The translations under genes and the position numbers were made by a program. A model generated the notes under the pieces. It did not search any database. It saw only the letters and a list, made by a program, of their open reading frames with translations, and had not been told where the DNA came from. Source: Candidatus Binatia bacterium (GTDB lineage: Bacteria > Desulfobacterota > Binatia > UBA9968). Taken from it: a stretch of DNA of 64,000 bases. The stretch is taken from NCBI GenBank assembly GCA_036554745.1, contig DATBMR010000320.1:1732-65731 (forward strand), given 5' to 3'. Positions 1 to 9,383 of the stretch are shown here, piece after piece (position 1 is the stretch's first letter; every line of letters begins with the position of its first letter).

Positions 1-1
1 C

Positions 2-1291
2 GAGCGCGAAGATGTTTTGCGAGCGGCCCATTACAATACCGAGCTGATCCCGCAGGATCTGATCTACATCGACCTCAGCACCGACAGTGGCGTCAGCGCG
101 CTCAGCACCAACCAACTCGCCTTGGTGGCCGGAGCGAAATTTGTCGAACCCGGCATGGGGTTGGCCATGGAAGGGAGCCGCTCGTTCGCCCGGCTCGCCC
201 GTGAAATCGAACGCGTCTTTGGTTTCCCGTTCGTCGTACCGACGACCCAAGGGCGAGCGGCGGAAAGGATCTGGGCGAAGATCAACATCAAACCCGGCAG
301 TGTGGTTGCTGGTAACCTGCTGTTCCCATCAACCCGCAGTCACATTGAAATGAGCGGCGGGATGCTGGTCGATGTGTCCACCGACGCCGCCCACGTGCTT
401 ACCTCGTCCGAGCCATTCAAAGGCAACGTCGACCTCGATAAGCTCGCAGCCGTGATCCACGAACATGGCGCCGCTCACATCAGCTGCGTTTATGTCGAGC
501 TTGCCGTCAATGCGTGTGGCGGCCAGCCGGTTTCGCTCGCTAATCTCAAAGCCATCCGTGAACTCAGTGCGGCGCACAAGATTCCATTTTTTCTCGATGC
601 CTGCCGCATTCTCGAGAACAGCTACTTGGTGAGGGAGCGCGAACCCGGCTTGCAAAGACGATCGATTTGGCAAATCGTCCGTGAAACCTGTGATCTGGCG
701 GACGGCTGCACCATGAGCGCGCTCAAGGACCTGCTGGTACCGACCGGCGGTTTGATCCTGACGCGCGATGAAGCGGCCTATCGAAAAGCCGCCATGCAAG
801 GTTTTCTCGACGGCGCGCAGCTTAACAGCGCTGGGATGGAGACTCTGGCGGCGGCACTGGAAGAAATTACTGTTTCGGATGCCTATATAGAAAGTCGCGT
901 CGCCCAGGTGGAATATCTATGGCACCGCCTGAACGCAGCTGTGCCCCTGGTCCAACCGCTCGGCGGGCATGCGGTGTTCGTCGATCTCAAGAAGTTTCTG
1001 CCGCACCTAACCCCCGAGCAATTTCCCGCCGAGGCTTTGGCGGCATTTCTCTATCAAATATCCGGTGTGCGCGTGACCAAGGGACCCCCCCCGGCGCCGA
1101 GCCAGCAAGCGCGGGGGGTCGAGCTTTTGCGGCTCGCCGTACCGGCGCGCAAGTATTTGTGCGGCCACCTCGATGATGTTGCTGAGGCGATCCGCTACGC
1201 GTACGCGCATCGAGACGAGGTGCCGGCGCTAAAACGGGTCGACGACGTAAGCCGCGGCAAGTACGTACCAGCACAGTTCATACGGCTATGA
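2..1291 (+). CDS. PLP-dependent beta-eliminating lyase (tryptophanase / tyrosine phenol-lyase family), 5-prime end outside window
   Basis: The frame is open from base 2, and the ORF-track start at 17 is an internal TTG. EREDVLRAAHYNTELIPQDLIYIDLSTDSG, PTTQGRAAE and MSALKD (candidate PLP lysine) fit the TnaA/TPL family as I recall it. The stop overlaps the next start (ATGA at 1288-1291). Confidence 0.75.
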   Translation, partial: EREDVLRAAHYNTELIPQDLIYIDLSTDSGVSALSTNQLALVAGAKFVEPGMGLAMEGSRSFARLAREIERVFGFPFVVPTTQGRAAERIWAKINIKPGSVVAGNLLFPSTRSHIEMSGGMLVDVSTDAAHVLTSSEPFKGNVDLDKLAAVIHEHGAAHISCVYVELAVNACGGQPVSLANLKAIRELSAAHKIPFFLDACRILENSYLVREREPGLQRRSIWQIVRETCDLADGCTMSALKDLLVPTGGLILTRDEAAYRKAAMQGFLDGAQLNSAGMETLAAALEEITVSDAYIESRVAQVEYLWHRLNAAVPLVQPLGGHAVFVDLKKFLPHLTPEQFPAEALAAFLYQISGVRVTKGPPPAPSQQARGVELLRLAVPARKYLCGHLDDVAEAIRYAYAHRDEVPALKRVDDVSRGKYVPAQFIRL

Positions 1292-3075
1292 GCCTCACTG
1301 CCACAGCATTCGAGCCGCCGGCCCGGCACATCGGCCAGATGTTCTTTCAGAGAGTTGCGGAGCTTGGCGAACGTCCGTTCGTTCGGTGGCGGGAAGGCGA
1401 TGATTTAAAGGAGCTTACATGGCGCGACTTCGGCGCACGCGTGCGGCGTCTGATGATCGCGCTCCGGCGCCGCGGGCTTGTCCCGGGCGACACGGTGGCG
1501 ATGATCGGCAACAACAGCGTCGAATGGTTGTGCGCCGATCTCGCGACTCTCGCCGCGGGATTTCCTAACGTGATCGTCCAGCCCGGGTTATCGGACCGCA
1601 TGCTCGTCAAATTGCTCGCCCATGCCGGCTGTCGCGCCGCGTTCGTAAAGGATATCACCGCCGTGGGAAGGCTGCTCAATCTGCGCGGGCAATTGCCTGC
1701 GCTCAGGGACATCTGCGTCATGGAGGAAGAAGGTTCCAGCCTCCCGGATACGGTTTCGTTTCAGCAGTTGATCGGTTGCGCGAACAGTCCGGATGACCGG
1801 CAAGTTTGGGAAATGCTCGAGGCGGTTCACCCGAACGATCTCGCCACCATCATGTACACGTCTGGCTCCAGCGGCGAACCCAAAGGGGTCATGCGGACGC
1901 AGAACAATTTGCTCGCCAACATTACCAACGGCGGGGCGATCCGCGTGAGCGGACCGGAGGACGTGCTCGTCATCGTGTTGAGCCTCAACCATCTGTTTGG
2001 CCGTTTTGGATTCTTGAAGAGCGCGGTGATAGGCAGAACCGTAGCTCTGGTGGAAGCGACCGAACTGGCCGTTGACTTGAATGCCGTGCAGGCGCTCGCC
2101 GGGACGGCGATCGGAATCGTGCCGCGGGTTTTGGAACGGTTGTTTAACGCGATGCTCGACCGCGACAGTAATCGACGCGACTGGCAGGAGCTCGAGGCTT
2201 TGGACGAGCGCCGAAGCTGCGGTGCTCTCGACGAGGCCGGGCAAAAGCGCTTCAACGAACTGCGAGATCGAGTAAGTCAATCCGTTCGCGCCGCGCTCGG
2301 TGGGCGCATTCGTTATATCTCCTACAGTGCTGCCGCGATGCCGCCTCGCGTCATGAGATTTTTCGAGCAGGTCGGGATTCCGCTCATCGGCTCCTATGGT
2401 CTGACCGAGTGCGGCGGCGTGACAGTTTGCGGCGTCGGCGAGCACCGCCCGGGCAATTTAGGTAAGCCGTTTGCGAACGTCGAGCTTCGGATTGGCGAGG
2501 ACGGCGAAATCCTGGTGCGCGGTCCGACGGTGACGCCTGGCTACTTCAAAGACCCCGAAGCGACGCGCCAAGCGCTCGATGCCAACGGTTGGTTTCACAC
2601 GGGGGATCTCGGCGTAGTCGAAGCGGACGGCTCGCTTAGAATTGTCGGGCGCAAGAAAGATGTTTTTAATTGCGCTGACGGCTCGAACATCTATCCCGGA
2701 TTCATCGAGTTGCAACTGGAAAGCGAAACTTTTATCAAGCAAGCAATTCTGCTCGGCGATCGCAGGCCATTCGTTGCCGCTTTGGTCGTTCCCGATCGTG
2801 ACCGGATCGCGGCAGCGCGCGGTCGTGCGCCGGGAACCCTGTCTGCCGAGGAAATTTCGGCGGTGCTCTGGACCGCGATAGGGCGCGTCAACGGGCGGCT
2901 CGAAGACCATGAGAAAATCCGCAAGATCGCCGTCATCGAAGAAGATTTTCCGCATGAAGCGCGTAGCGTCAGTTCGTTTCAGAAAGTTAAAGTCGACCGT
3001 GCGGTGGTCGCTGCGCTGTACCAAAATGAAATCGCGATGATTTATTCCGCGGATTCGGAAGGAGAGCGAAGTTGA
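1288..3075 (+). CDS. AMP-dependent acyl-CoA synthetase/ligase (long-chain fatty-acid-CoA ligase-like)
   Basis: 595-aa ORF with the AMP-binding signature YTSGSSGEPKGV and a later TGDLGVVEADGSLRIVGRKKD block. The start overlaps the upstream stop, and the stop overlaps the downstream TTG start. Confidence 0.85.
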   Translation: MSLTATAFEPPARHIGQMFFQRVAELGERPFVRWREGDDLKELTWRDFGARVRRLMIALRRRGLVPGDTVAMIGNNSVEWLCADLATLAAGFPNVIVQPGLSDRMLVKLLAHAGCRAAFVKDITAVGRLLNLRGQLPALRDICVMEEEGSSLPDTVSFQQLIGCANSPDDRQVWEMLEAVHPNDLATIMYTSGSSGEPKGVMRTQNNLLANITNGGAIRVSGPEDVLVIVLSLNHLFGRFGFLKSAVIGRTVALVEATELAVDLNAVQALAGTAIGIVPRVLERLFNAMLDRDSNRRDWQELEALDERRSCGALDEAGQKRFNELRDRVSQSVRAALGGRIRYISYSAAAMPPRVMRFFEQVGIPLIGSYGLTECGGVTVCGVGEHRPGNLGKPFANVELRIGEDGEILVRGPTVTPGYFKDPEATRQALDANGWFHTGDLGVVEADGSLRIVGRKKDVFNCADGSNIYPGFIELQLESETFIKQAILLGDRRPFVAALVVPDRDRIAAARGRAPGTLSAEEISAVLWTAIGRVNGRLEDHEKIRKIAVIEEDFPHEARSVSSFQKVKVDRAVVAALYQNEIAMIYSADSEGERS

Positions 3076-3815
3076 CTCAAGTAGCATTGATCACGGGTGG
3101 GGGCGGCGGCATCGGCAGCGCGGTGGCCCGCCGAATGGCGGCTGCGGGGATTCTTGTCGTCGTTGCCGATCTCGACGGGGCCGCCGCCGAAAGCGTCGAG
3201 CATGAAATCGTCGGCACCGGCGGGAACGCCGCAGCCGTTGAGCTCGACGTGACGCGTGCGCCGGAGGTGAAGCGAATTGTTGTCGACGTAGAGAAGCGTT
3301 TCGGCCGCATCGATGTTCTCGCCAATATCGCCGGCGGCAGTGCCTACGTCAAACGGATCGAGGAATTGACCTGGGCAGAGTGGAAGGAGGTGATCGACGC
3401 CAATCTGAAGGGAACGTTTCTCATGTGCCGCGAGACCGCTCCGATCATGCAGCGGCAGAAGAGCGGGCGGATCATCAATACGGCGTCGAATTACGGCGTC
3501 ACCGGATCCGCTTTGCGCACGCCCTACGCCGCCGCGAAAGCCGGTATCATTGCCTTCACCAAATCGCTGGCGCTCGAGCTGGCGCCCGACCGTGTGCTCG
3601 CCAACACGGTCGCGCCCGGACCGACGGACACGCCGCGCGTGATGGCAAAAGAATCTGCCGAGGCGCGGCGGCGGCGTTGGTGGCCCAACATTCCGCTCGG
3701 GCGAACCGCGGCGCCGCAAGATCTTGCCGAGATGTATTATTTCCTCACGACCTCAGAGAGCGCGGCGATGACCGGGCAAACATTCCATGTCAACGGCGGG
3801 GTGGTAATGCCATGA
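3072..3815 (+). CDS. SDR family oxidoreductase (FabG-like)
   Basis: 247 aa with Rossmann motif ITGGGGGIG and catalytic YAAAK. The TTG start at 3072 overlaps the upstream TGA (3073-3075). Confidence 0.85.
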   Translation: MTQVALITGGGGGIGSAVARRMAAAGILVVVADLDGAAAESVEHEIVGTGGNAAAVELDVTRAPEVKRIVVDVEKRFGRIDVLANIAGGSAYVKRIEELTWAEWKEVIDANLKGTFLMCRETAPIMQRQKSGRIINTASNYGVTGSALRTPYAAAKAGIIAFTKSLALELAPDRVLANTVAPGPTDTPRVMAKESAEARRRRWWPNIPLGRTAAPQDLAEMYYFLTTSESAAMTGQTFHVNGGVVMP

Positions 3816-4561
3816 GGCTCAAAGATAAAGTCGCAGTGATCACGGGAGCGGCCCAAGGCATTGGCCGAGCGGTGGCGCTCGCCATGGGACGCGAAGGGGC
3901 CAAGCTGGTTATTGCCGATTTACAGGCGGAAAAAGCGCTGTCGGTGGCCAGCGAGTTGCAGAGCCAGGGCGCCCAAACGCTAGCCGTTGAAGTCGACGTC
4001 GCTCACGAGACATCCGTGCGACGGATGGCGGCGAGCGCGTTTAACCGCTTCGGCCGCGTCGATATCCTCGTTAACGTTGCCGGGATTTATTATCCTAAGG
4101 CATCGGTGGTTGAGCTGTCCGAGGAAGACTGGGATCGAACCATCGACATCAACGTCGGCAGCAATTTTCTTTGTGCTCGCGAATTCGTGCCGGCGATGCG
4201 CACGCAAAAAAGCGGGCGCATCATCAGTCTTGCGTCGGGAATCGGGCACTACGGTATGAGGCAATTCTCGCACTATGCCGCTTCTAAAGCGGCGGTAATG
4301 GGGTTTGTCAAAGCGCTCGCGCGCGAAGTAGGGCCGGACGGTATTACCGTTAACGCGATCTGTCCGGGCTCGGCGAATACCGACATGCCGCGCCAACACC
4401 GCTCCGAGGAAGAAGTCATGGCGCGCTTGCGCTCTACGCCTTTGCCCCACGTGCTCGAGCCCGAAGATATCGCCGGCCCGATTGTATTTCTCGCCAGCGA
4501 TGCGGCGGCTTATATCACGGGGCAGTCGTACAACATCAATTGTGGCAGTTACATGTTCTGA
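3812..4561 (+). CDS. SDR family oxidoreductase
   Basis: The track ORF runs 3380..4561, but SDR-like sequence begins at MRLKDKVAVITGAAQGIG (ATG 3812, ATGA overlap with the upstream stop). Catalytic motif YAASK. Confidence 0.85.
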   Translation: MRLKDKVAVITGAAQGIGRAVALAMGREGAKLVIADLQAEKALSVASELQSQGAQTLAVEVDVAHETSVRRMAASAFNRFGRVDILVNVAGIYYPKASVVELSEEDWDRTIDINVGSNFLCAREFVPAMRTQKSGRIISLASGIGHYGMRQFSHYAASKAAVMGFVKALAREVGPDGITVNAICPGSANTDMPRQHRSEEEVMARLRSTPLPHVLEPEDIAGPIVFLASDAAAYITGQSYNINCGSYMF

Positions 4562-4835
4562 GAAGCTCTAATCATGACACGCCTGAGTCGCACTTTATTC
4601 GCTGGGGAGCGGCGTCTCATCGCGAGAATCGTTCATGACCCAGAGGGTGTTGCCGTCGAAGCGGTGGAAGCGGCCTGCCCTCACCGAATGGTCCAAATTA
4701 ACTATGTCGCGGCAAACGGAGGTTCCACTGAGAGCGCAAGGGTAAATCCCTTGCCATGGCGCGCAGCAAGCATGGCGACAGCGCCGCTTGGTTGTGAATT
4801 CGCAATGAGGTCTGCTCGATCGAACTGAGCGCCGC

Positions 4836-5054
4836 TCAATCGATCGGGAATATCCTTCTACCGGTCTCTTCTTCCTCCAAGATAATCGCTTTAGTCGGGC
4901 AGATTTTCGCTGTCAACAAGATCTTTTCGTCACTGTCGGCTTTGGGGTCGATGACTTCGGCAATCATTTTGCCATCCAGTCTGAAGACTTTGGGCGCGGC
5001 TTGGACGCACTTGCCGTAACCATCGCATTTGGTTCGGTCAATCGTGATTTTCAT
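4836..5054 (-). CDS. small single-cluster ferredoxin
   Basis: MKITIDRTKCDGYGKC...ICPTKAI shows the Cys spacing of small 3Fe/4Fe ferredoxins. I chose ATG 5054 rather than 5084 because the longer version runs into an intergenic repeat. Confidence 0.6.
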   Translation of the reverse strand: MKITIDRTKCDGYGKCVQAAPKVFRLDGKMIAEVIDPKADSDEKILLTAKICPTKAIILEEEETGRRIFPID

Positions 5055-5102
5055 AAAACCTCTGGAGAAACCGAGATCCTTCACATCGTTCAGGATAACG
5101 GT

Positions 5103-5150
5103 CTCGCAAGACGAGATCCTTCACTTCGTTCCAGGATCTCGTCTCGCGAG
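5103..5150 (-). terminator. 17-bp-stem hairpin just downstream of the Bug receptor gene
   Basis: CTCGCAAGACGAGATCC (5103-5119) pairs with GGATCTCGTCTCGCGAG (5134-5150) with one mismatch. It starts 5 nt after the stop of the 5155..6180 gene. There is no clear U-tract. Confidence 0.35.
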
Positions 5151-5154
5151 GCCG

Positions 5155-6180
5155 TTACTTTAGAACCTCTTTCAGTTTGGCAACCAGCGCGGGCTCGAGC
5201 TTTAAGATCTCTTTGACATTCCGCTCGAGCGTCGCGCCGTCTTCCGGGTTGATGTCGAGGTTCGCTTTCTTCGCCTCGGCCAGCAGTTCGGGGTCTTTCA
5301 CCGTATCCATGAACGCCTTGCGCAGGATCTGCACGCGATCCTTGGGAGTATTCGGCGGCAAGACGTACGGGCGAACCGTCGGACCATGAACGCGGGCGAC
5401 CGTCGCGATCAGCCGCTTCGCCTCGTCCGTCTTCGCGTAATTGATCGCCAAAGGCAACTTGGTCAATTCCGGATGCGGCTTAAGGGTTGCGGCCACGATC
5501 AGCTTCAGATCACCCTGTTCCAGCTCTTTGCGCCACGTCGACTTGGTGGATTCCCACGAATTGCTTAGCCCCGCTACTTCGCCGCTGTTAAACGCGAGAC
5601 GGACATCGGCGGTGCCTTTATAGCCGGAGACCATCTGCGCCGGCAGTCCGATCGTCGCTCTGAACAGATTGGGAAAGTCGTCGGTGCCCGAGCCGGTGGC
5701 GACGCCGCCGAATTTCACGACTTTCTTGGAAGCCAGCCACGACTCGAGATCGCTGACGCCGCTGGATTTGGAGACGCCGAGCACGAAATTGTCCTGCGCC
5801 GGAACTCCGACGAATTCAAATTTAGCGGCGTCAAACTCTATCCCGGGCTTGCCCAGGAGTTGCTGCAAAAACAGCCCGCCGATGAAGTGGCCGATGGTGA
5901 GACCGTCCGGCTTTGCCGCCTTGAAGGAGTAATTGGCTGCGATCATGCTGCCGGCACCGGGCATGTTTTCCACGACGATCGCCGGATTGCCCGGGATATG
6001 TTTGCCCATGTGGCGCGCGATTGTCCGCGTGTAAGCGTCGTAGCCGCCGCCGGCGCTAAAACCGACAATCATACGAATCGATTTTCCTTCATAGAAATTC
6101 GCTTGGGCGAATGCAGCGCGCGGCGCGAAGGCGAGCAAGGACAATGACAGGAGTACGGATAAGCGGATCAGTGTTTTCAT
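5155..6180 (-). CDS. Bug family (TctC-type) tripartite tricarboxylate transporter substrate-binding protein
   Basis: A signal peptide (MKTLIRLSVLLSLSLLAF) is followed by FYEGKSIRMIVGFSAGGGYDAYTR and VENMPGAGS. Start 6180 is preceded by GGAGG. Confidence 0.85.
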   Translation of the reverse strand: MKTLIRLSVLLSLSLLAFAPRAAFAQANFYEGKSIRMIVGFSAGGGYDAYTRTIARHMGKHIPGNPAIVVENMPGAGSMIAANYSFKAAKPDGLTIGHFIGGLFLQQLLGKPGIEFDAAKFEFVGVPAQDNFVLGVSKSSGVSDLESWLASKKVVKFGGVATGSGTDDFPNLFRATIGLPAQMVSGYKGTADVRLAFNSGEVAGLSNSWESTKSTWRKELEQGDLKLIVAATLKPHPELTKLPLAINYAKTDEAKRLIATVARVHGPTVRPYVLPPNTPKDRVQILRKAFMDTVKDPELLAEAKKANLDINPEDGATLERNVKEILKLEPALVAKLKEVLK

Positions 6181-6260
6181 AATGTTTCCTCCACTGGATT
6201 GGATCCACGCAACAACGAACCAGAACATGGGCAAGTCGATTTCTCAGCCTTCACCTATGG

Positions 6261-7286
6261 CTATTTCGCACCCAAGATCTCTCTTAATTTAACTACCACC
6301 GTTGGACTGAGCTTGAAGAGCTTGTTGACCTTGTTTTCCATTTCTTCGCCGGTGATCGGCTCGATGTCAAGCTTGGCTTTGCGGGCGTCGGCGAGAAACT
6401 CCGGGTCTTTCAACGTGTCCTGGAAGGCCTTGCGCAGAGTATCGACGCGTTCTTTGGGCGTCCCGGGCGGCAACACGTAGGGACGGTAATAATCCGACGG
6501 CTCCTCGATGCCCAGTTGGATCAACTGGCGCGCCTCATCGTTCTTGGCGAGCTTGGACGCCAGTGGGACGGTGGGCAGCTCGGGATGCGGCTTGGAAAGA
6601 ATCTGTAATACGACGACCGCATCGCCTGACTGAATTGCCTTGGTCCAGGTGGCGCGGATCGAGTCCCAGGTCCAACAACCGCCCGCCAACTCACCGCTTT
6701 CAGCGGCGAGCCGGATCTCCGACGTTCCCTTGTATCCGCTCACCAGTTGAATCGGCAGTGCCGTTGTTGCCGCCAACATCCGGGGAATATCTTCAGTGGC
6801 TCCGCCGCCGATACCACCGACTTTGACCGGCGTTTTGGCGGCCAGCCAGCGCTCCACGCTGGTAATGCCGCTCGCCCTGGTAAACGCGCAGGCGCGATTG
6901 TCGGTTACCGGTGCGCCGATGAAGCGGAACTTGGCGGAATCAAAGTCGATGCCCTGGCGGCCGAGCCGCTGATACAAAAATAGCCCGCCATGAAAATGGC
7001 CGATGGTGAGACCGTCGGGTTTGGCCACTTTGTAGATATGATTGGCGCCGATCAGGTGGCCGGCGCCGGGCATATTCTCGACGACGAGCGACGGGTTACC
7101 GGGAATGAATTTCCCCATGTGACGCACGATGGTGCGCGTATAGGTATCGAAACCGCCGCCGGCCGAAGTCGCTACTACAATGCGGATGGTTTTGCCCTTG
7201 TAGAAAGGCTCTTGTGACCAAGCCGCACCCGCGAGTAGCAGGCAGAAGATAATGGCGCAACTCAGTGAGATGGGTCCCCGGTTCAT
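6261..7286 (-). CDS. Bug family (TctC-type) substrate-binding protein, paralogue of the neighbour
   Basis: FYKGKTIRIVVATSAGGGFDTYTR and VENMPGAGH parallel the adjacent gene. It has a signal peptide, and GGAGG lies upstream of ATG 7286. Confidence 0.85.
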   Translation of the reverse strand: MNRGPISLSCAIIFCLLLAGAAWSQEPFYKGKTIRIVVATSAGGGFDTYTRTIVRHMGKFIPGNPSLVVENMPGAGHLIGANHIYKVAKPDGLTIGHFHGGLFLYQRLGRQGIDFDSAKFRFIGAPVTDNRACAFTRASGITSVERWLAAKTPVKVGGIGGGATEDIPRMLAATTALPIQLVSGYKGTSEIRLAAESGELAGGCWTWDSIRATWTKAIQSGDAVVVLQILSKPHPELPTVPLASKLAKNDEARQLIQLGIEEPSDYYRPYVLPPGTPKERVDTLRKAFQDTLKDPEFLADARKAKLDIEPITGEEMENKVNKLFKLSPTVVVKLREILGAK

Positions 7287-7431
7287 GGCATGAGCCCTCC
7301 TCTCCGCCTAAAGCTGCGCGAATTTATGGAAAAGGCCTCAACGTGTCAAGCCGAATGTGATGGGAGAAGAAAATAGAGTGAGCCGTAAGACCTTGCCGTC
7401 TTCAGGGAGAGCGATCTCCGCAGTCACTCGT

Positions 7432-7460
7432 TTGACAGGGTAGCGATCGCGCTGTAAATT
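7432..7460 (+). promoter_or_regulatory. sigma70-like promoter candidate (TTGACA-N17-TAAATT)
   Basis: TTGACA at 7432-7437, a 17-nt spacer, then TAAATT at 7455-7460. This lies 18 nt upstream of ATG 7479. Confidence 0.4.
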
Positions 7461-7478
7461 TTCAGCGTCTAATGGGCA

Positions 7479-8348
7479 ATGTTTGACGAGGCCTCGATGA
7501 TAAACCCGACCGCGCTCTCCAAAACCCACATGGAATGCCGCAGCTTGCACGATTCCATGGCCGTGATGGTCGACTTGTTGGCGTTCGAGAAGATTTCTGA
7601 AGCCTCCGGAGAGGCCACGCTCAAGCATCCCAATTCTCCCTGGATACTGGTGTTGCATGAGGCGGGGGTTGAGGCACCGGCCAAACCGATGCACAACCAC
7701 TGGGGCGTGCGCGTGCAAACGACCGAGGAAGTCGACAAGGCGTACGAGTACCTCACGGCGCATAAGGAAAAGTACAAGCTCGGTGCTATCGGCAAACCGA
7801 CTTGGAGTCACGGATCGTACTCATGCTACTTTGTCGAACCGGGAACCAACGGGTGGGAAATCGAGTGCTACGAGGATTTTACCCGCAAGGAAGCGGCGGC
7901 GCAGAAATTCGGCGGCGTCAAGAAGCCCCATTGGGAAGAAGTCTACCCCGAAGAAAGATTTCCGGGACGCGGTTACGTGCCCCAGGCGTTCACCCATGGG
8001 ACGCTGGTCGCACGCGATCTGAACGTCAGCCGAGACTTTTACACCAAGGTTTTGGGTCTGGAAGTGCATCGTTTCAGCAGTATTGTGATTTACCTCAAGC
8101 ATCCAAGCACACGCACTTATGTGGTTTGCGCCGCGCGCAAAAATATCAAAATCTTCTCGCCAAACTTTCGCAACACCCTCGCGGTCGCATCCAAAGCGGC
8201 GGTCAAAGATACCTACCGCGAGTTTAGCGCACGAGCGAACGAGCTCGGAATCACCGAGGTGTCGGCCCTGCAGGAAAATAACGGGTCGGCTTCATTCTAC
8301 TTTAGAGATCCCGGCACCAACTGCTGGGAAATCGCCTTTCCGGACTGA
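7479..8348 (+). CDS. two-domain VOC (glyoxalase / extradiol dioxygenase fold) family protein
   Basis: There are two repeats of the VOC end motif (YFVEPGTNGWEIE and YFRDPGTNCWEIA) plus FYTKVLGLEV. The start could instead be ATG 7497, which has GAGG upstream. Confidence 0.75.
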   Translation: MFDEASMINPTALSKTHMECRSLHDSMAVMVDLLAFEKISEASGEATLKHPNSPWILVLHEAGVEAPAKPMHNHWGVRVQTTEEVDKAYEYLTAHKEKYKLGAIGKPTWSHGSYSCYFVEPGTNGWEIECYEDFTRKEAAAQKFGGVKKPHWEEVYPEERFPGRGYVPQAFTHGTLVARDLNVSRDFYTKVLGLEVHRFSSIVIYLKHPSTRTYVVCAARKNIKIFSPNFRNTLAVASKAAVKDTYREFSARANELGITEVSALQENNGSASFYFRDPGTNCWEIAFPD

Positions 8349-8354
8349 GGTGCT

Positions 8355-9383
8355 ATGACGGAAAAACCGCTCGAACAGATGGGTCTGCGCGACCTGCGCG
8401 AGATCATGCGCCGTCAAGTGCCCGCCGAGGCTTGGCGTCACTTCAACGGCGCGGCGGAGACCAAGGCGACTTTTCATCGCAATCCGCGCGCGTTTCGGCA
8501 GTATCTTTTTCGCCAGAAGATTTTTCACGATGTGTTCGAGCCGGATATTTCCATCGAGCTATTCGGCCACACGCTGCCGACGCCGGCGATCACCGCGCCG
8601 GTGGGGAGCTTTAGCCTCATCGGCAAAGATGCCGAGCGCGAGGTGGCCGAGGGCACCGACCGCGCCGGCGCGATGATGTTCACGAGCCAAGCCGCCAAAT
8701 TGGATCCCAAGGGATGGCGCAGCGCGGCCAAATCGCCGCTGGTTTTCATGGCCTACATGAACCGCGGTAAGGAAGAAGTGTCGGAGTACGCCAAGACGGC
8801 CGAGGATCTCGGTTTTGCCGCCGTCGGGATTACCATGGACACGGTACGGCCGGTGAAGATCGGCGACGAAGTGCCGCTTTCGACGAAAGACGGCAAGCCG
8901 CGCAAGGGTCATAAGTCTACGCCTGCGGATATCGAATGGATGAAGCAGCAAGTCAAGCTCCCGGTGGTGGTCAAAGGCATCATGGGTGCGCCCGACGCGC
9001 GCGTCGCCATCAGTGCCGGCGCCGACGCGCTGGTGGTGTCCAACCACGGCGGACGGATTCTCGATTTTAACCGCGCCGCACTCGAAGCCTTGCCGGAAGT
9101 GGTCGACGGAGTTGGCGGCAAAGTTCCGGTGTTGCTCGACAGCGGGGTTCGTAGCGGCGGGGACATCGTCAAGGCGCTGGCGCTGGGCGCCAAAGCCGTG
9201 TTGACAGGTCGGCCGATCGCCTGGGGCGCTGGTGCGTTCGGTGCGCCCGGCGTCGAACGGGTATTTGCGATTTTTGCCGAAGAGATCGAGCGAGTCTTGA
9301 CCATGACCGGTGTCGCTCGCGTGCGCGACGTGAGCCCGGCGATCTTGTTTCGCGAGGAGACGGGAGGGTTGCGCGGCTTATGA
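8355..9383 (+). CDS. FMN-dependent alpha-hydroxy acid dehydrogenase/oxidase family
   Basis: VVSNHGGRILD, DSGVRSGGDIVKALALGA and VVKGI are typical of the glycolate/lactate oxidase family. The stop overlaps the lemA start (ATGA). Confidence 0.85.
   Translation: MTEKPLEQMGLRDLREIMRRQVPAEAWRHFNGAAETKATFHRNPRAFRQYLFRQKIFHDVFEPDISIELFGHTLPTPAITAPVGSFSLIGKDAEREVAEGTDRAGAMMFTSQAAKLDPKGWRSAAKSPLVFMAYMNRGKEEVSEYAKTAEDLGFAAVGITMDTVRPVKIGDEVPLSTKDGKPRKGHKSTPADIEWMKQQVKLPVVVKGIMGAPDARVAISAGADALVVSNHGGRILDFNRAALEALPEVVDGVGGKVPVLLDSGVRSGGDIVKALALGAKAVLTGRPIAWGAGAFGAPGVERVFAIFAEEIERVLTMTGVARVRDVSPAILFREETGGLRGL

Noticed and set aside
3380-3811. A 144-codon N-terminal extension of track ORF 3380..4561
   Set aside because: It overlaps the first SDR gene in another frame, is Arg/Ala-rich with no family resemblance, and SDR homology begins exactly at ATG 3812 (an ATGA overlap). 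I treat it as a GC-rich open-frame artefact.
4574-4828. An 84-aa plus-strand ORF between the convergent SDR and ferredoxin genes. On the minus strand there is also a start-less frame ending ...AGRFHRFDGNTLWVMND, reminiscent of a VOC/glyoxalase C-terminus.
   Set aside because: The plus-strand product matches nothing I recognise. The minus-strand frame has no usable start codon, and the similarity is a single short motif. At most it is a gene remnant, and it is not supportable as a feature.
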